A stretch of DNA of 64,000 bases from Candidatus Eiseniibacteriota bacterium (GTDB lineage Bacteria > Eisenbacteria > RBG-16-71-46): the NCBI GenBank assembly GCA_963744995.1, contig CAVUWA010000002.1, positions 960,001 to 1,024,000 on the forward strand, given 5' to 3'. Shown here piece by piece: positions 10,374 to 20,225 of the stretch. The notes under the pieces are model-generated. The model made no database searches, was not told the DNA's origin, and saw only the letters and a list, made by a program, of their open reading frames with translations. The position numbers and the translations under genes are program-made. Within the stretch, counting starts at the first letter, position 1. Every line of letters begins with the position of its first letter.

Positions 10374-11339
10374 CTACTCGAGGACGACGATCCTCCCGGT
10401 GCGGGTCGGGCCGCCGTCGACCCGGAGCGCCACGAAGTAGAGCCCGGCCGGCACACGGCCGCCGCTCTCGTCCCGTCCGTTCCAGACCACCGTGCCCGGC
10501 CGGCCGGACGTGTGGCCGCGGAACAGCGTGCGCACGCGCCGGCCGCCGACCTCGTATACGGTGAGGTCGCCCGAGGCGCCGTTCGGAATCCGGAACTGGA
10601 AGCGGGCCGCCTCACGGAGCGGATTGGGTCCCAGCGACACGAGGCGTGCCTCACTCGTGAGCTCGCCCGGTGCGACGTCCACCAGTGCCGTCCGCGTGAA
10701 CGTGAAAGTCCCGACCAGGTTGCTCGTGGCAAACGGTCCGACCGTGTTCTCGAAGATGGGAACCGGCGGCATGGTCGGCTGGTTGGGCGACGCGTACGAG
10801 GGCCCGCTGTCCGTGCCCGCGTCGTAGACGTGCAGATCCACGGCGACCTGCGGAATCCACGCGCCGTTCTCGCGCAGGCTGAGACCCGAAACGCCCACGA
10901 ACCAGTCGGGACTCGGGGCCAGCATCGAGACGAGCGTGACGAGCGGATAGGCATCGTCCACGTCGAAGGTGAGCGATACCGATCCGGGGGAGACCCCGAT
11001 GCCGCCGCCCGACAGCACGCCGTCCGCGGTTCCCGCCGTGATCGCCGACTGCACTTCCTGCATCAGCGCCGTCTTGTCGCCGAGCTCGGCCATGTTCTTG
11101 ATGCCGAGGCTGGCCGGTCCACCGGCGTTCCAGAACGAGACCTGATCGGAGTGCGTTCCGCCGATGAGGCCCGAGAAGTGCGGGTTCGAGGGAAAATCCA
11201 GAGGATGGGTCGCCTGGCTCCAGGTGCTCTCGAACCTGACCTCATACTCGGTCGTCTCCGCCATGGCGTCGCCTGCCGCTGCGCTCCACAGGACGCCGAG
11301 GGCGGTGGCTGCGCCGCGGGCGGTTCTCGACAGTCTCAT
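10374..11339 (-). CDS. Secreted Spondin_N-domain protein with FlgD-Ig C-terminal domain
   Basis: SD AGGAGG before ATG 11339; signal peptide AMA; TWSQATHPLDFP, HFSGLIGGTH, MLAPSPDWFVG, YDAGTDSG motifs; CTD GPNP...WNGRDESG...GLYF. Confidence 0.85.
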   Translation of the reverse strand: MRLSRTARGAATALGVLWSAAAGDAMAETTEYEVRFESTWSQATHPLDFPSNPHFSGLIGGTHSDQVSFWNAGGPASLGIKNMAELGDKTALMQEVQSAITAGTADGVLSGGGIGVSPGSVSLTFDVDDAYPLVTLVSMLAPSPDWFVGVSGLSLRENGAWIPQVAVDLHVYDAGTDSGPSYASPNQPTMPPVPIFENTVGPFATSNLVGTFTFTRTALVDVAPGELTSEARLVSLGPNPLREAARFQFRIPNGASGDLTVYEVGGRRVRTLFRGHTSGRPGTVVWNGRDESGGRVPAGLYFVALRVDGGPTRTGRIVVLE

Positions 11340-11908
11340 CCGGTTCCTCCTGACGGTTCCAGGGCCGATCTTGCGGCCGCCGCCGATGATACCCTCCATT
11401 CCGATCGGCGTTCGAGGCCGATCGAGGCCGATTCGCTGCGGATACGAGATTCACCCGGCGAGTGTGAACACGTTTCGACGGGTCCCTGCGGCCGCGCCGG
11501 CGTCATTCACCCTGGAGCCCCCGGGCTGGATCCGCGGCTCGGTCGCGCGTCAGGACGGATGCGCCGAGCCGGAGCTCGGCTCGGCGCTCCACATGGGCGG
11601 GCTCCGTGGCCGCATGCTCGGCCGGGGCGATCGTGAACCGCGTCCGCGTCGCGCTCACGCCCGACGAACGATCGCGGCTCGCGAGCATGCGACCGGTCGA
11701 CCCGTTCGCGCCGATGTGGCCCGATCCGCGCTTTCAGGAAATCGCACGACGCGTCCACGCACTGCAGGGCGGGCCGCCAAACCGGAATCGGGCGGGACGC
11801 CGGGTGGCTTCCGGGCGATTCGGCGACGCCGCTGAAGGGTGAAGCGCCTGTCCCGCCGGCGCGCGGCGCGCAGAGGGCCCGCGGTGCCGTACCGGCCGCG
11901 GGCGCGCG

Positions 11909-12481
11909 TCATCCCCGCACTGCCGCTCTGCGGCGCCGCCGTCTCATCAGCCACACGATCGCGACGAGCAGCAGCACCGCGAGCACCGGCACCAGCACCG
12001 CCATGACCACGAGCGACAGCGAGAGCGCGTCCTCCACGGTGGAGACGATCGGGTTCGCGGTGCCCGCGGTGGCAGCCGTCGAGCCGACGCGCACGGTGCC
12101 CTTCAGCGCGTGGACGGCGAGCGAGCCACCGGCGAGCAGGGTCGCAACCGCCGCCGCCCAGGGCGATGGCCAGTGGATCAGCATCGCGTACGCGCCGATC
12201 CACGCCGCGACGGGGCGGATGAACGTGGCGATCGCGTCGAGTGCGTGATCCACGATCGGGATCTTGTCCGCGGCGATCTCGAGCAGCGTCGCGACGCCGA
12301 GCGCGATCAGGACGTTCGTGGAGGTCAGCCAGCCGACGTTCTCGTGGAGACCGATCAGGCCGAAGCGCGCCGCGAGCCCGATGAGAAACAACGGCAGGAA
12401 CGCACGCAGGCCGGTGGCCGCCGCGATGGCGATGCCGGCGAGCAGCGCGAGGCCGACACCGGCTTCCGGTCCGATCGTCAT
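11909..12481 (-). CDS. DUF4126-family membrane protein
   Basis: AATGLRAFLPL, EIAADKIPIVDHALD, ANPIVSTVED motifs; several TM helices; SD GGAGG. Confidence 0.8.
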   Translation of the reverse strand: MTIGPEAGVGLALLAGIAIAAATGLRAFLPLFLIGLAARFGLIGLHENVGWLTSTNVLIALGVATLLEIAADKIPIVDHALDAIATFIRPVAAWIGAYAMLIHWPSPWAAAVATLLAGGSLAVHALKGTVRVGSTAATAGTANPIVSTVEDALSLSLVVMAVLVPVLAVLLLVAIVWLMRRRRRRAAVRG

Positions 12482-12652
12482 GCTGTCCTCCCTGCGCGGC
12501 CGACCTGGTTCCTGCGAGCGCCCGGCGTCGCGGCGGGCGCCCCGCCGTTGCGCGCCTCCGAAGCGCTCTCTATGCTACCAGTCCGCCGCGCATCCGGCGT
12601 GGAACCGCCACGAGGGCCGCGCGACGTCCATGGAAGGAGCGCGCGCGTGTCG

Positions 12653-13882
12653 ATGCCGGTGTCCACGTGGGTCGAGGTCGATCTCGACCGGCTCGGCGCG
12701 AATCTGCGGGCGATCCGCGGGACGATCGGCGCCGGACGCGAGATCCTGCTGGTCGTGAAGGCCGACGCCTACGGTCACGGTGCGGTCGAGATCGCCGAGG
12801 CCGCCGCCGCCGAGGGCGTGAGCCATCTCGGCGTCGCCACGCTGCACGAGGGCATTCAGCTCAGGCGCGCCGGATGCATGCTGCCGATCATCGCGCTCTC
12901 GCCGCTGCTGCCGAGCGAGATCGAAGAGGCGGTCGGCCACGATCTCGGCCCGAGCGTCGCCGACGCCGAATTCGCGCGCGCGCTGTCCGCTGCTGCGGTG
13001 GCCGCCGGGCGCGCCGTTCGCTGCCACGTCGAGGTGGATACCGGCATGGGGCGGACCGGCGTTCATCTGGACGAGGCCGAGGTGTTCGTCGCCATGCTGT
13101 CGGCCCTGCCCGGGCTCAGGCTCGCGAGCGTGTACACGCACTTCCCGGATGCGGACGCGGAAGACCTCGCTTTCACGCGCGGCCAGGTCCAGCGTTTCGA
13201 CGCCCTGCTCGAACGGCTGCGCGCGGCGGGTCTCGCGCCGCCGCGCGCGCACGCCGCCAACAGCGCCGGCACGGTGAATGTGCCCGAGGCGTACCTCGAC
13301 TGGGTGCGCGTCGGTCTGATCGCCTACGGCCAGCCGCCGCCGCACGCCGCGCAGCATCTGACCCTGGCGCCGGTGATGTCGTTCAAGAGCCGGCTGGTGC
13401 AGATCCGCGACATGCCCGCCGGTGCGTCGGTGAGCTACGGCCGCACGTTCGTCGCCGAGCGCCCGATGCGCATGGGCGTGGTCGCGGTCGGCTACGGCCA
13501 CGGTTATTCGTGGCTGCTCTCGAACCGCGGCCGGATGCTCGTCGGCGGGACGTCGGTGCCGATCGTCGGGCGGGTCACCATGGACCTGACCATGGTGGAT
13601 CTCGGTGGGGCGCCGGAGGCGAAGGTCGGCGACGAGGTCGTGCTGTTCGGTGAGCAGGGCGGCGCGTCGCTGCCGCTCGAAGAGGTCGCGCGGCTCAGCG
13701 AGACGCTGCCCTACGAGATCATGTGCACGATCGGCAAGCGGGTCGCGCGCATCTTCGTGCGCGGCGGGCGACCGGTGAAGCTGACGACGCTGGTCGGCGA
13801 AAGCGCCGAGTGGGCCGAGCGCGCCGCGGATCACTTCCGCATGCGGGCGCGCGCAGTCACCGCGGCGGAAGGCAGTCGCTGA
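12653..13882 (+). CDS. alr: Alanine racemase
   Basis: VVKADAYGHG PLP-lysine motif, VDTGMGR, ANSAG, VSYG, VGRVTMD, TLPYE; GAAGGAG upstream; alternative GTG start at 12647. Confidence 0.95.
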   Translation: MPVSTWVEVDLDRLGANLRAIRGTIGAGREILLVVKADAYGHGAVEIAEAAAAEGVSHLGVATLHEGIQLRRAGCMLPIIALSPLLPSEIEEAVGHDLGPSVADAEFARALSAAAVAAGRAVRCHVEVDTGMGRTGVHLDEAEVFVAMLSALPGLRLASVYTHFPDADAEDLAFTRGQVQRFDALLERLRAAGLAPPRAHAANSAGTVNVPEAYLDWVRVGLIAYGQPPPHAAQHLTLAPVMSFKSRLVQIRDMPAGASVSYGRTFVAERPMRMGVVAVGYGHGYSWLLSNRGRMLVGGTSVPIVGRVTMDLTMVDLGGAPEAKVGDEVVLFGEQGGASLPLEEVARLSETLPYEIMCTIGKRVARIFVRGGRPVKLTTLVGESAEWAERAADHFRMRARAVTAAEGSR

Positions 13883-13932
13883 TCCAGGCGTCCGGGAGGG
13901 GCCGGCCGGCGGCCGGGCCGCGGTGCGTGCCG

Positions 13933-16900
13933 CTATTTCATCCTGACGATCCGTTGTGATTTCTCGACGCGACCGGCGCTGAGCCGCGTCAGGTAGAGCC
14001 CCGGCGGAAGCAGGCGGCCCGCGTCATCCCGGCCGTCCCAGCGCACGGCGTGCGTTCCGGCCTCGAACCGGCCGCTCGCCAGAAGGCGCACGCGCCGCCC
14101 GCCGATGTCGTAGACGCGCAACGTCAGGGCGGACTCCACCGGGAGATCGAACCTCAACGTCGTGGCCGTACGGAACGGGTTCGGCGCGCCGGGGAAGAGC
14201 TGCAGCAGTGCGGGACGTGCGGCGTCCGCGACGTCCACGGTCGGCCCGTCGGGTGAGGCGTAGGCGCTCTCGTTGCCCGAGACGTCCACCGCGCTGATCC
14301 GGTAATACACCCCGCTCGCATCGTACGTCGGGTCGGTCCAGGCGTGGGCGGTCGTGGCATCGACGAGGTTGCCGGGCCCGGGTGTGAAATCGGGATCGGC
14401 GTCGCGATAGATACGGAAGTACTGGAAGTCCTCGTCGACGGGCGGATCCCACGAGAGCTGATTGCCGTCGCCCGTGGCGTAGCTGGCGACCGCGTTCGCG
14501 GGCACCATGGGAGCGAGGTTGTCGACCGAGTAACCCTGGTCCGGGTAGGAGTCGAACTGGACGCCGATCGCGGCCGTCACCGCGCGGATCATGAACGTCG
14601 AGTAGACGATTCCCGTGGCGGCCGTGGAATCGGCCAGCGTCGGGACCAGCACCGAGTAGGATTCGTCCGCCCGCGCGGGCACCGTGGCCACGTAGTCCCA
14701 GCCGGCGAGCTGGGGCGCGAGGACGCCGTCGCGCCCCGCCGCGGCGGCGGGAGCGAGCCCGGGCACCTGCTGGCGGTACACGTCGTACGCAACGATCGGC
14801 GTCGGCGAGCCGGCGCGGTCGTGCCCGCTGCGCACCCAGGTGATGCGCACCTGCCTGCCCTGATCGTTGCCGACGTCGGTGATCGACTCGATCTGGCCGA
14901 AATCGTAGAGCATGTCGACGGTGAGTTCGGTCATGACGGGATAGGCTCCCGGCACATGGGCGAGCGGTGTGGCGATCCAGCGCAGATCGGGGCCCGGGAC
15001 CGTGAAGTACTCCCACTCGGCCGAATCCGCCGCCACCGTCGTCGTCGCGCCGTCCGCGGACAGCTCGAACGTCATCAGCGGCGTGTGGACCGGCGTGATC
15101 CGGGCGGCGACGACGGCATCGGGCAGGGGATTGATGTTGGCGGACGTGGCGTCGCCCAACGGCGCCAGATAACGGCGATTCGTCGTGCGCCACATCTCGA
15201 GCCGTCCGTCGTCGCGTGCCAGGAACATCTCGTCGCCGTGAACGGTGACGCCTCTGGCGGCGCCCGGGCTCGACACGCCGACGTCCATCGCGGCCGGATC
15301 CGAGACGTCCACGCGGAGGAAGCTGTTGGCGTCCGTGGCGAGCCATGCATAGTTGCCCTCGATGAAGCAGTCGCGCGCCGTCCCCGTGTGATACGCGGTG
15401 TCGATCAGGGCGGGTGTCGTGGGATCCGACACGTCGTAGGAGCGGAACAGGTTCCCGCCGGCCACGTACAGAACGTCGCCCTCGAACCGGGTTGCGACCA
15501 CCGTGCCCAGGCCGGGCACGAGGCTGATCGGGGCGGGCGAAAGCGGGTTGCTGACGTCATACAGGAGGAGAAGACCGCTGTCTTCGAATGCCGCCAGGCC
15601 GCCGTCGACCGAAAAACCGGCGAGGGACGAACCGATGAGGCTCCCCATCGGAGCCGTCGCCGCCGGGTCGCTGACATCCCAGATCAGGATGGAGGCGCCG
15701 GTGAGGCCGCTGACGCGCGTGTAGGCGAGGTGGCCGGCCAGTTCGATCTGGGTGCACGAGGACAACAGGCCGACCGGATAGGAAAAAACCGTGACGGGGT
15801 TTGCGGGATCGGAGACGTCGGCAATGTAGAAACCGTCGGCGCCATTTGCGACGTAGGCGTAGTGGCCGTCCACTGCGACGTCGCGGGCGTCCGCATACGC
15901 CAGATGACCGACGGGGATCCCGAAGTCTTCCTTCGCGGTGGAGAGGATCGAGACGCCGTTCGCCTTCTCGGCGAGGTACGCGCGCGACCCCTGCACGGCG
16001 ACCTTCTGCGGGTCGCCGTCGGCGAAATACCAGCGGATGCCCGAGAGCGATGCGCCGCCGTTCTGCAGCACCTGCAGGCCGTCGCCGTCCGCCACGTAGG
16101 TCTGACGCGACGACACCGCAATGCCCTCCGCAGAGCCGGGGGTGTGGTACGCCGACACCACCGTCGGATCGGCCGGGTCGCTCACGTCGAGGTGGATCAC
16201 GCCGTTGCTGCGCCAGGCGACGTAGAGCGCGTTCCCGGACAGCGCGATACCGGAGACGTAGTTCCCAGGGGACCAGGTGGTCAGCGTGATCGGATTCGTG
16301 GGATCGCTGACGTCGTAGGATCGCACGCCGGTGTCGACGATCGACGCGTACAGATGGTTGCCGTCGACCTGGACGTCGACGAAGCTGGAGTTGCTGGCGT
16401 CCACGGCCACGACGGCCGGGCTCGTGGGGTTCGACACGTCGACGATCGACAGGTTGCTGCCGCGCGCGCAGTAGACGTAGCCGCCCTGAACCGCCAACCG
16501 GTAGCCGCTGCCGCCGAGCGCGACGCTGCCCAGCCATTTGGGCGCCGCGGGATTCGAGACGTCGAGGATCCGCAGCGAGTCGTTGAGCGCGACGTAAGCA
16601 CGGTTTCCCACGAGCTCGACATCGCCCACCTGTTCGCCGATGTGGCTGTACCGCAGCACGGGAAAGGCGAGGTCGGTGATGTCGAGGAGCCACGTGCCGT
16701 TGGTGGTGGCGAGCGCCGCCAGATCGCCCTCGACATCGAGTCCATTCACCGTCCCGTAGCTCCAGATCGTGTAGAGGGAGGGGGACGCCGGACTCTGGAT
16801 GTTCATGACCAGGACGCCCGCGCTCTGGGCCGCCATGAACAGCCGGTCGCCGCGGATCACCATGTCCACCGACCAGCCGGGCATGCCCGTCAGCGAGCCC

Positions 16901-17085
16901 ACCTGGCTCATCTGGAAGGGCTTCAGGGTGAGCGCTCCGGCAGTCGTGTCCCAGAGGATGGCCGGATCGAGCGGGCCGGCATAGGTCTGGGTGTCGAACG
17001 TTTCGGTGAATGACGCCCCGGCACGCGCGGCATGCGCCGCGAGCACGGTCGTCATGATGATCAGCAGGGCAGAAATGCGTCGCAT
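13933..17085 (-). CDS. Secreted LVIVD-repeat protein with FN3-like and FlgD-Ig C-terminal domains
   Basis: Signal peptide ARA; many V.G..AYVA....L.I.DVSDP..P repeats; CTD GAPNPF...YDIGGRRVR...WDGRDDAG...GLYL. Confidence 0.88.
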   Translation of the reverse strand: MRRISALLIIMTTVLAAHAARAGASFTETFDTQTYAGPLDPAILWDTTAGALTLKPFQMSQVGSLTGMPGWSVDMVIRGDRLFMAAQSAGVLVMNIQSPASPSLYTIWSYGTVNGLDVEGDLAALATTNGTWLLDITDLAFPVLRYSHIGEQVGDVELVGNRAYVALNDSLRILDVSNPAAPKWLGSVALGGSGYRLAVQGGYVYCARGSNLSIVDVSNPTSPAVVAVDASNSSFVDVQVDGNHLYASIVDTGVRSYDVSDPTNPITLTTWSPGNYVSGIALSGNALYVAWRSNGVIHLDVSDPADPTVVSAYHTPGSAEGIAVSSRQTYVADGDGLQVLQNGGASLSGIRWYFADGDPQKVAVQGSRAYLAEKANGVSILSTAKEDFGIPVGHLAYADARDVAVDGHYAYVANGADGFYIADVSDPANPVTVFSYPVGLLSSCTQIELAGHLAYTRVSGLTGASILIWDVSDPAATAPMGSLIGSSLAGFSVDGGLAAFEDSGLLLLYDVSNPLSPAPISLVPGLGTVVATRFEGDVLYVAGGNLFRSYDVSDPTTPALIDTAYHTGTARDCFIEGNYAWLATDANSFLRVDVSDPAAMDVGVSSPGAARGVTVHGDEMFLARDDGRLEMWRTTNRRYLAPLGDATSANINPLPDAVVAARITPVHTPLMTFELSADGATTTVAADSAEWEYFTVPGPDLRWIATPLAHVPGAYPVMTELTVDMLYDFGQIESITDVGNDQGRQVRITWVRSGHDRAGSPTPIVAYDVYRQQVPGLAPAAAAGRDGVLAPQLAGWDYVATVPARADESYSVLVPTLADSTAATGIVYSTFMIRAVTAAIGVQFDSYPDQGYSVDNLAPMVPANAVASYATGDGNQLSWDPPVDEDFQYFRIYRDADPDFTPGPGNLVDATTAHAWTDPTYDASGVYYRISAVDVSGNESAYASPDGPTVDVADAARPALLQLFPGAPNPFRTATTLRFDLPVESALTLRVYDIGGRRVRLLASGRFEAGTHAVRWDGRDDAGRLLPPGLYLTRLSAGRVEKSQRIVRMK

Positions 17086-17383
17086 CGGAGCAGCTCCTCA
17101 GGGCCGAATCGCCCTCGGACAGGATCGTGACGGGTGCGTCGTTCGGTGTGTGGAACGCTAGGGGGCGGCGCTCACCGATCGCTCACAGCGCGCGGCGCCC
17201 GTCCCGGGCAGTTGCCGCAATCCGCTCTCTTGCCTAGAGTTCGGGCGTGGCGAATGCACGAAACCAGAAGCGGACACCGGGGACGTCCGCCGGCGAGCGG
17301 GCGCGCCCCGGGCCGGGTGAGCCCCCCGTTGCGCGTCACCGTGCGGTGGCCGTGACGGCGCCGCCGGTCACGGGACGCCGCTG

Positions 17384-18553
17384 ATGCGCGTGTTCCTGAT
17401 CGTTCTGGACGGCGTGGGAATGGGGGAGCTCCCGGACGCGGCCGACTACGGGGACGTGGGCAGTCACACGCTGCTGCACGTCGCCGAAGCCGCGAACGGG
17501 CTCCGGCTGCCGAACCTCGGGCGGCTCGGGCTCGGGCGGCTGCTCGATCTGCCGGGCGTCCCGCCGGTGGCCGATCCGCGCGGCGCCCGCGCGCGGCTCG
17601 CCGAGCGCGCCGCAGGGAAGGACAGCACCAGCGGCCACTGGGAGCTCGCCGGCGTGGTGCTCGACCGCCCGTTTCCGACCTATCCGCAGGGATTCCCGCT
17701 CGATCTGCTCGAAGCGTGGTGCGCGCGCACCGGCCGCGGCTGGCTCGGCAATGTGCCGGCGTCGGGCACCGACATCATCGCCCGGCACGGCGAGGAACAT
17801 CAGCGGACCGGCAAGTGGATCGTCTACACCTCGGCGGACAGCGTGTTCCAGGTCGCGGCGCACGTGGCGACGGTGCCGCTCGACGAGCTCTACGCCGCAT
17901 GCCGCACCGCGCGCGAGATGTTGCAGGGCGAGAACGGCGTAGGCCGGGTGATCGCCCGCCCGTTCGAGGGCGCGCCCGGCGCCTACGTGCGCCGCGGTGA
18001 CAGGCGCAAGGATTTCTCGCGTCTGCCGCCCGAGCCGACGCTGCTCGACCGCCTGAGCGAGGCCGGGCACGCGGTCGTGACCGTGGGCAAAGTGGACGAC
18101 CTGTTCGCCGGGCGCGGGGTCACCGACGCGATCCATACCCGCGACAACGCGGAAGGCGAAGACGTGCTCGCAGACCTCGCGCGGCGCCCGGGGGAGGGGC
18201 TCGTGTTCGCGAATCTCGTGGACTTCGATCAGCTCTACGGGCATCGCAACGACCCGGCCGGCTTCGCGCGCGCGCTCGAACAGTTCGATTCGCGTCTCGA
18301 GGAGATCCTGTCGCGCCTCAGACCCGACGAGATCTGCATGATCACGGCCGACCACGGCAACGATCCGACCACCGCGAGCACCGACCACGCCCGCGAGTAC
18401 ACGCCGCTGCTCGTCGCCGGGCCGCGCGTGAAGCCGGGTGTGGACCTCGGCACGCGTGAGACCTTCGCGGACGTCGGCGCCACGATCGCGGATCTGTTCG
18501 GGGTCGCCAGGCCCCGGCGCGGCACCAGCTTCCTGCGCGCGATCCGCAGCTGA
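17384..18553 (+). CDS. deoB: Phosphopentomutase
   Basis: VFLIVLDGVGMG, GKDSTSGHWE, YTSADSVFQ, GRVIARPF, NLVDFD..YGHRND, TADHGNDPT, TDHARE. Confidence 0.96.
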   Translation: MRVFLIVLDGVGMGELPDAADYGDVGSHTLLHVAEAANGLRLPNLGRLGLGRLLDLPGVPPVADPRGARARLAERAAGKDSTSGHWELAGVVLDRPFPTYPQGFPLDLLEAWCARTGRGWLGNVPASGTDIIARHGEEHQRTGKWIVYTSADSVFQVAAHVATVPLDELYAACRTAREMLQGENGVGRVIARPFEGAPGAYVRRGDRRKDFSRLPPEPTLLDRLSEAGHAVVTVGKVDDLFAGRGVTDAIHTRDNAEGEDVLADLARRPGEGLVFANLVDFDQLYGHRNDPAGFARALEQFDSRLEEILSRLRPDEICMITADHGNDPTTASTDHAREYTPLLVAGPRVKPGVDLGTRETFADVGATIADLFGVARPRRGTSFLRAIRS

Positions 18554-18586
18554 TCGAGCCGGGCCGGCGCGGACCGCCGCCGTGGG

Positions 18587-19711
18587 TCAACGTCGGCGCC
18601 GCGCGAACCGGCGTCCGGCGCCGCCGACCCAGCGCAGCACCGGCGATCGCCACAGCACGCTGCGCCACCACATCGCCCGCACCTCGCGCCGCAGGCCGGG
18701 GTCCAGCGCCTTCGCACGGGCGATCTCGTGGAGCATCGGCAGCCGCCAGCGTGAGCGGGCACGGGTCCGGACGAGATCCAGCAGGTCGACGGGCTCGAAC
18801 GTCTCGCAGGCCAGTCGCGCGCCCACCGTTTCGAGCGCAAGCATCGTCAGCATGCACTTCTCGCAGCGCGAACAGTTGTGCCGCGGGCCCCGCTCCAGCC
18901 AGCACACGCGCAGATGGCGGCGGACCAGCGGATCGGCCGCGATGGCCTGGACCTTCGCGAGGCGATCGATGTCGGGATCGGCGTGGACGAACTCGATGGT
19001 CGAGCTGCTCCACAACGGATCCGTGCGCCAGTTCGAGCCCCATGGATAGACGGTCCAGCGCGCCTGACTCGAGGCGATCGTGACGCGGGCGAGCACCCCC
19101 GACAGCACGTGGCCGGCTGCGGCGAGCGCGCCGCCGTGCGCGGCATCCCAGGGCGTGGCGGCGAAGAGGGGATGCTCGCGCAGGTTGGTGCGCAGGAAGA
19201 GCGTGCGCACCCCGCGCGCCTCGGCCACGGCATCGACGGTCTCACGCACCGCGCGCTGCCGCGCATGGTCGTCGGCGGCGACGTCGAATCCGTGGACGTT
19301 GACGAGCGTGTCGACGCGTTCCCCCGATCGAAGCAGCGCGTGGAAGGAGTCCACGCCGGCGGTGAAGAACAGCCCGTGCCCGCATCCCGCGGGGGCCATT
19401 CCGGAGCGTCCGTCCGGGTCGAAGACGAGGGCCTGCCGCCGGTACCCCCAGGCGCGGCGCGCGAGATGCGCCAGCCGCCGGACGTTGATCGCCCAGCGTT
19501 CATCCACCGCACCCTCGACCACCAGCGCCCTGCGGTGGTGGAGCGCCGGAATCACGAACGCCGACGCCCATCCCTCCGGCGCGGCCGCGAGCGGGATGCC
19601 GTCGTCCGGCGGATCGGCTTCGAACCAGACGGGGTGCCCGTCCACGAGCGCCTCGACGCGGCCGGGGCCGGATCTCTGCGGCGGGGCGATGCGGATGGGA
19701 GTGGCGAGCAT
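18587..19711 (-). CDS. Hypothetical protein with PP-loop-like and Cys motifs
   Basis: SD GAGGAGG; FFTAGVDS (SGGxDS-like), PWGS..DPLWSS, LRVCW...NCSRCEKC. Confidence 0.65.
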   Translation of the reverse strand: MLATPIRIAPPQRSGPGRVEALVDGHPVWFEADPPDDGIPLAAAPEGWASAFVIPALHHRRALVVEGAVDERWAINVRRLAHLARRAWGYRRQALVFDPDGRSGMAPAGCGHGLFFTAGVDSFHALLRSGERVDTLVNVHGFDVAADDHARQRAVRETVDAVAEARGVRTLFLRTNLREHPLFAATPWDAAHGGALAAAGHVLSGVLARVTIASSQARWTVYPWGSNWRTDPLWSSSTIEFVHADPDIDRLAKVQAIAADPLVRRHLRVCWLERGPRHNCSRCEKCMLTMLALETVGARLACETFEPVDLLDLVRTRARSRWRLPMLHEIARAKALDPGLRREVRAMWWRSVLWRSPVLRWVGGAGRRFARRRR

Positions 19712-19817
19712 GAACGGCCTCCTCGGCTTGTTCGCGAAACGGGCCGATGGTAGCGTCCAGCGCTCTTCCCCGCACGCGGGGCCGCCACGCGGCGCATCCG
19801 GTGACCATTGGAGACCG

Positions 19818-20225
19818 ATGTCGATGACCGCTCAGGAGCTCATGCGCGAAGCCGAGCAGGCCCGCCGCGCCTCCTACTCGCCCTACTCGCGCTTTCCGGT
19901 CGGAGCCGCGCTGCTGCTCGCCGACGGAACGGTCGTGCGCGGCGCCAACATCGAGAACGCCTCCTACGGGCTCTCGGTCTGCGCCGAGCGCAACGCCGTG
20001 TGGAAGGCCGTGGGCGAGGGCCGCCGCGACTTCGTCGCGATCGCCGTCACCGCGCGCGAGGGCCACGGCGCGCCGCCGTGCGGCTCGTGCCGGCAGGTGC
20101 TGCACGAGTTCGCACCGAACGCGTGGGTCTATTGGCGCGACGCGCGCGGGCGGATCGTGCGCCGCCGCCTGGCGGCGCTGCTGCCGAAGGCATTCGGACA
20201 TCGCGACATGAAGAAGAAGAAATGA
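19818..20225 (+). CDS. cdd: Cytidine deaminase
   Basis: [31 protein letters not shown] zinc motifs of the homotetrameric type. Confidence 0.95.
   Translation: MSMTAQELMREAEQARRASYSPYSRFPVGAALLLADGTVVRGANIENASYGLSVCAERNAVWKAVGEGRRDFVAIAVTAREGHGAPPCGSCRQVLHEFAPNAWVYWRDARGRIVRRRLAALLPKAFGHRDMKKKK

Noticed and set aside
12110..12646. Apparent N-terminal extension on alr (590-aa ORF)
   Set aside because: Overlaps the DUF4126 gene on the other strand; an SD precedes the 12647/12653 start
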